Positions 26,519-26,805 of a stretch of DNA of 26,805 nucleotides are shown in pieces. A model generated the notes under the pieces. That model saw only the letters and a list, made by a program, of their open reading frames with translations. It ran no database searches and was not told the origin of the DNA. Source of the stretch: a virus (Duplodnaviria > Caudoviricetes); the IMG/VR virus record IMGVR_UViG_3300048881_000663, positions 1 to 26,805 of that record; one strand, 5' to 3'. Both the position numbers and the translations under genes were made by a program. Numbering within the stretch: position 1 is the first letter of the stretch; each line of letters starts with the position of its first letter.

Positions 26519-26805
26519 CTACGCAAAATCTACGCCACTGTTTGTGATAATAAAATCTATAGCAATAAATTCAATCGCTCTAGTTGGTACTACAACAATT
26601 CGTCCGTTCAGTCTATTATTTTCAACATCTTCGACAGTATTGTTGCTGTTGTCCATCACAACTGAGAAAGATTCAATCCCCTGTTGCGATTGGATTGTTG
26701 CAAGCAATGGCGTAACTTGGTTAATAAAGCGTGCTCTGGTTGCATCATTGTTGGGCTCGAACAGAATCTTATCAGCCACAGCAACCACCTGCCTCTTTAC
26801 CTCGA
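26519..26805 (-). CDS. Second tail sheath protein, C-terminal end; starts beyond the right edge
   Basis: Frame is open to the window edge: EVKRQVVAVADKILFEPNN...NNRLNGRIVVVPTRAIEFIAIDFIITNSGVDFA, paralogous to the 23307..26483 C-terminus. Confidence 0.9.
   Translation of the reverse strand, partial: EVKRQVVAVADKILFEPNNDATRARFINQVTPLLATIQSQQGIESFSVVMDNSNNTVEDVENNRLNGRIVVVPTRAIEFIAIDFIITNSGVDFA

Noticed and set aside
8428-26805. Bacterial extracellular contractile injection system or tailocin locus (two sheaths, tube, tube initiator, LysM, hub)
   Set aside because: It is contiguous and co-oriented with phage-type helicase, gp32-like SSB, UvsX/RecA and RNR genes, and no bacterial housekeeping context is present. 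A phage genome is the simpler reading.
1-26805. Stop-codon reassignment as seen in some large phages
   Set aside because: Genes are full length under code 11, and TAA, TAG and TGA all end genes at sensible boundaries.
1-26805. tRNA, CRISPR array or mobile element
   Set aside because: Intergenic gaps are at most about 120 nt and are accounted for by promoters and terminators. No repeat-spacer pattern, cloverleaf, transposase or homing endonuclease was seen.

Overview
Fragment of a large contractile-tailed (myovirus/jumbo-type) bacteriophage genome. All supportable genes lie on the minus strand, tightly packed, in standard genetic code. In transcription order (right to left), the tail module comprises the C-terminal end of one tail sheath gene, a second 1058-aa sheath, a tail tube, a tail/hub assembly chaperone pair apparently joined by a +1/-2 frameshift on a U7 run, a very hydrophobic 1851-aa tape measure protein, a 1175-aa tube-initiator-like fusion protein, a LysM wedge protein and a baseplate hub. 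A replication/recombination module follows directly: a miniature thumb-truncated family A DNA polymerase, a separate DEDDh 3'-5' exonuclease, a gp32-like SSB, RecA/UvsX, a 5'-3' exonuclease, a DnaB/gp41-like helicase and a class II ribonucleotide reductase (truncated at the left edge). Two promoter-like motif classes are readable by eye: TGWACA-N16-TAnnnT, mainly before replication genes, and ATA(G/C/A)TTA, mainly before structural genes. All product calls come from motif recognition; no database search was run.
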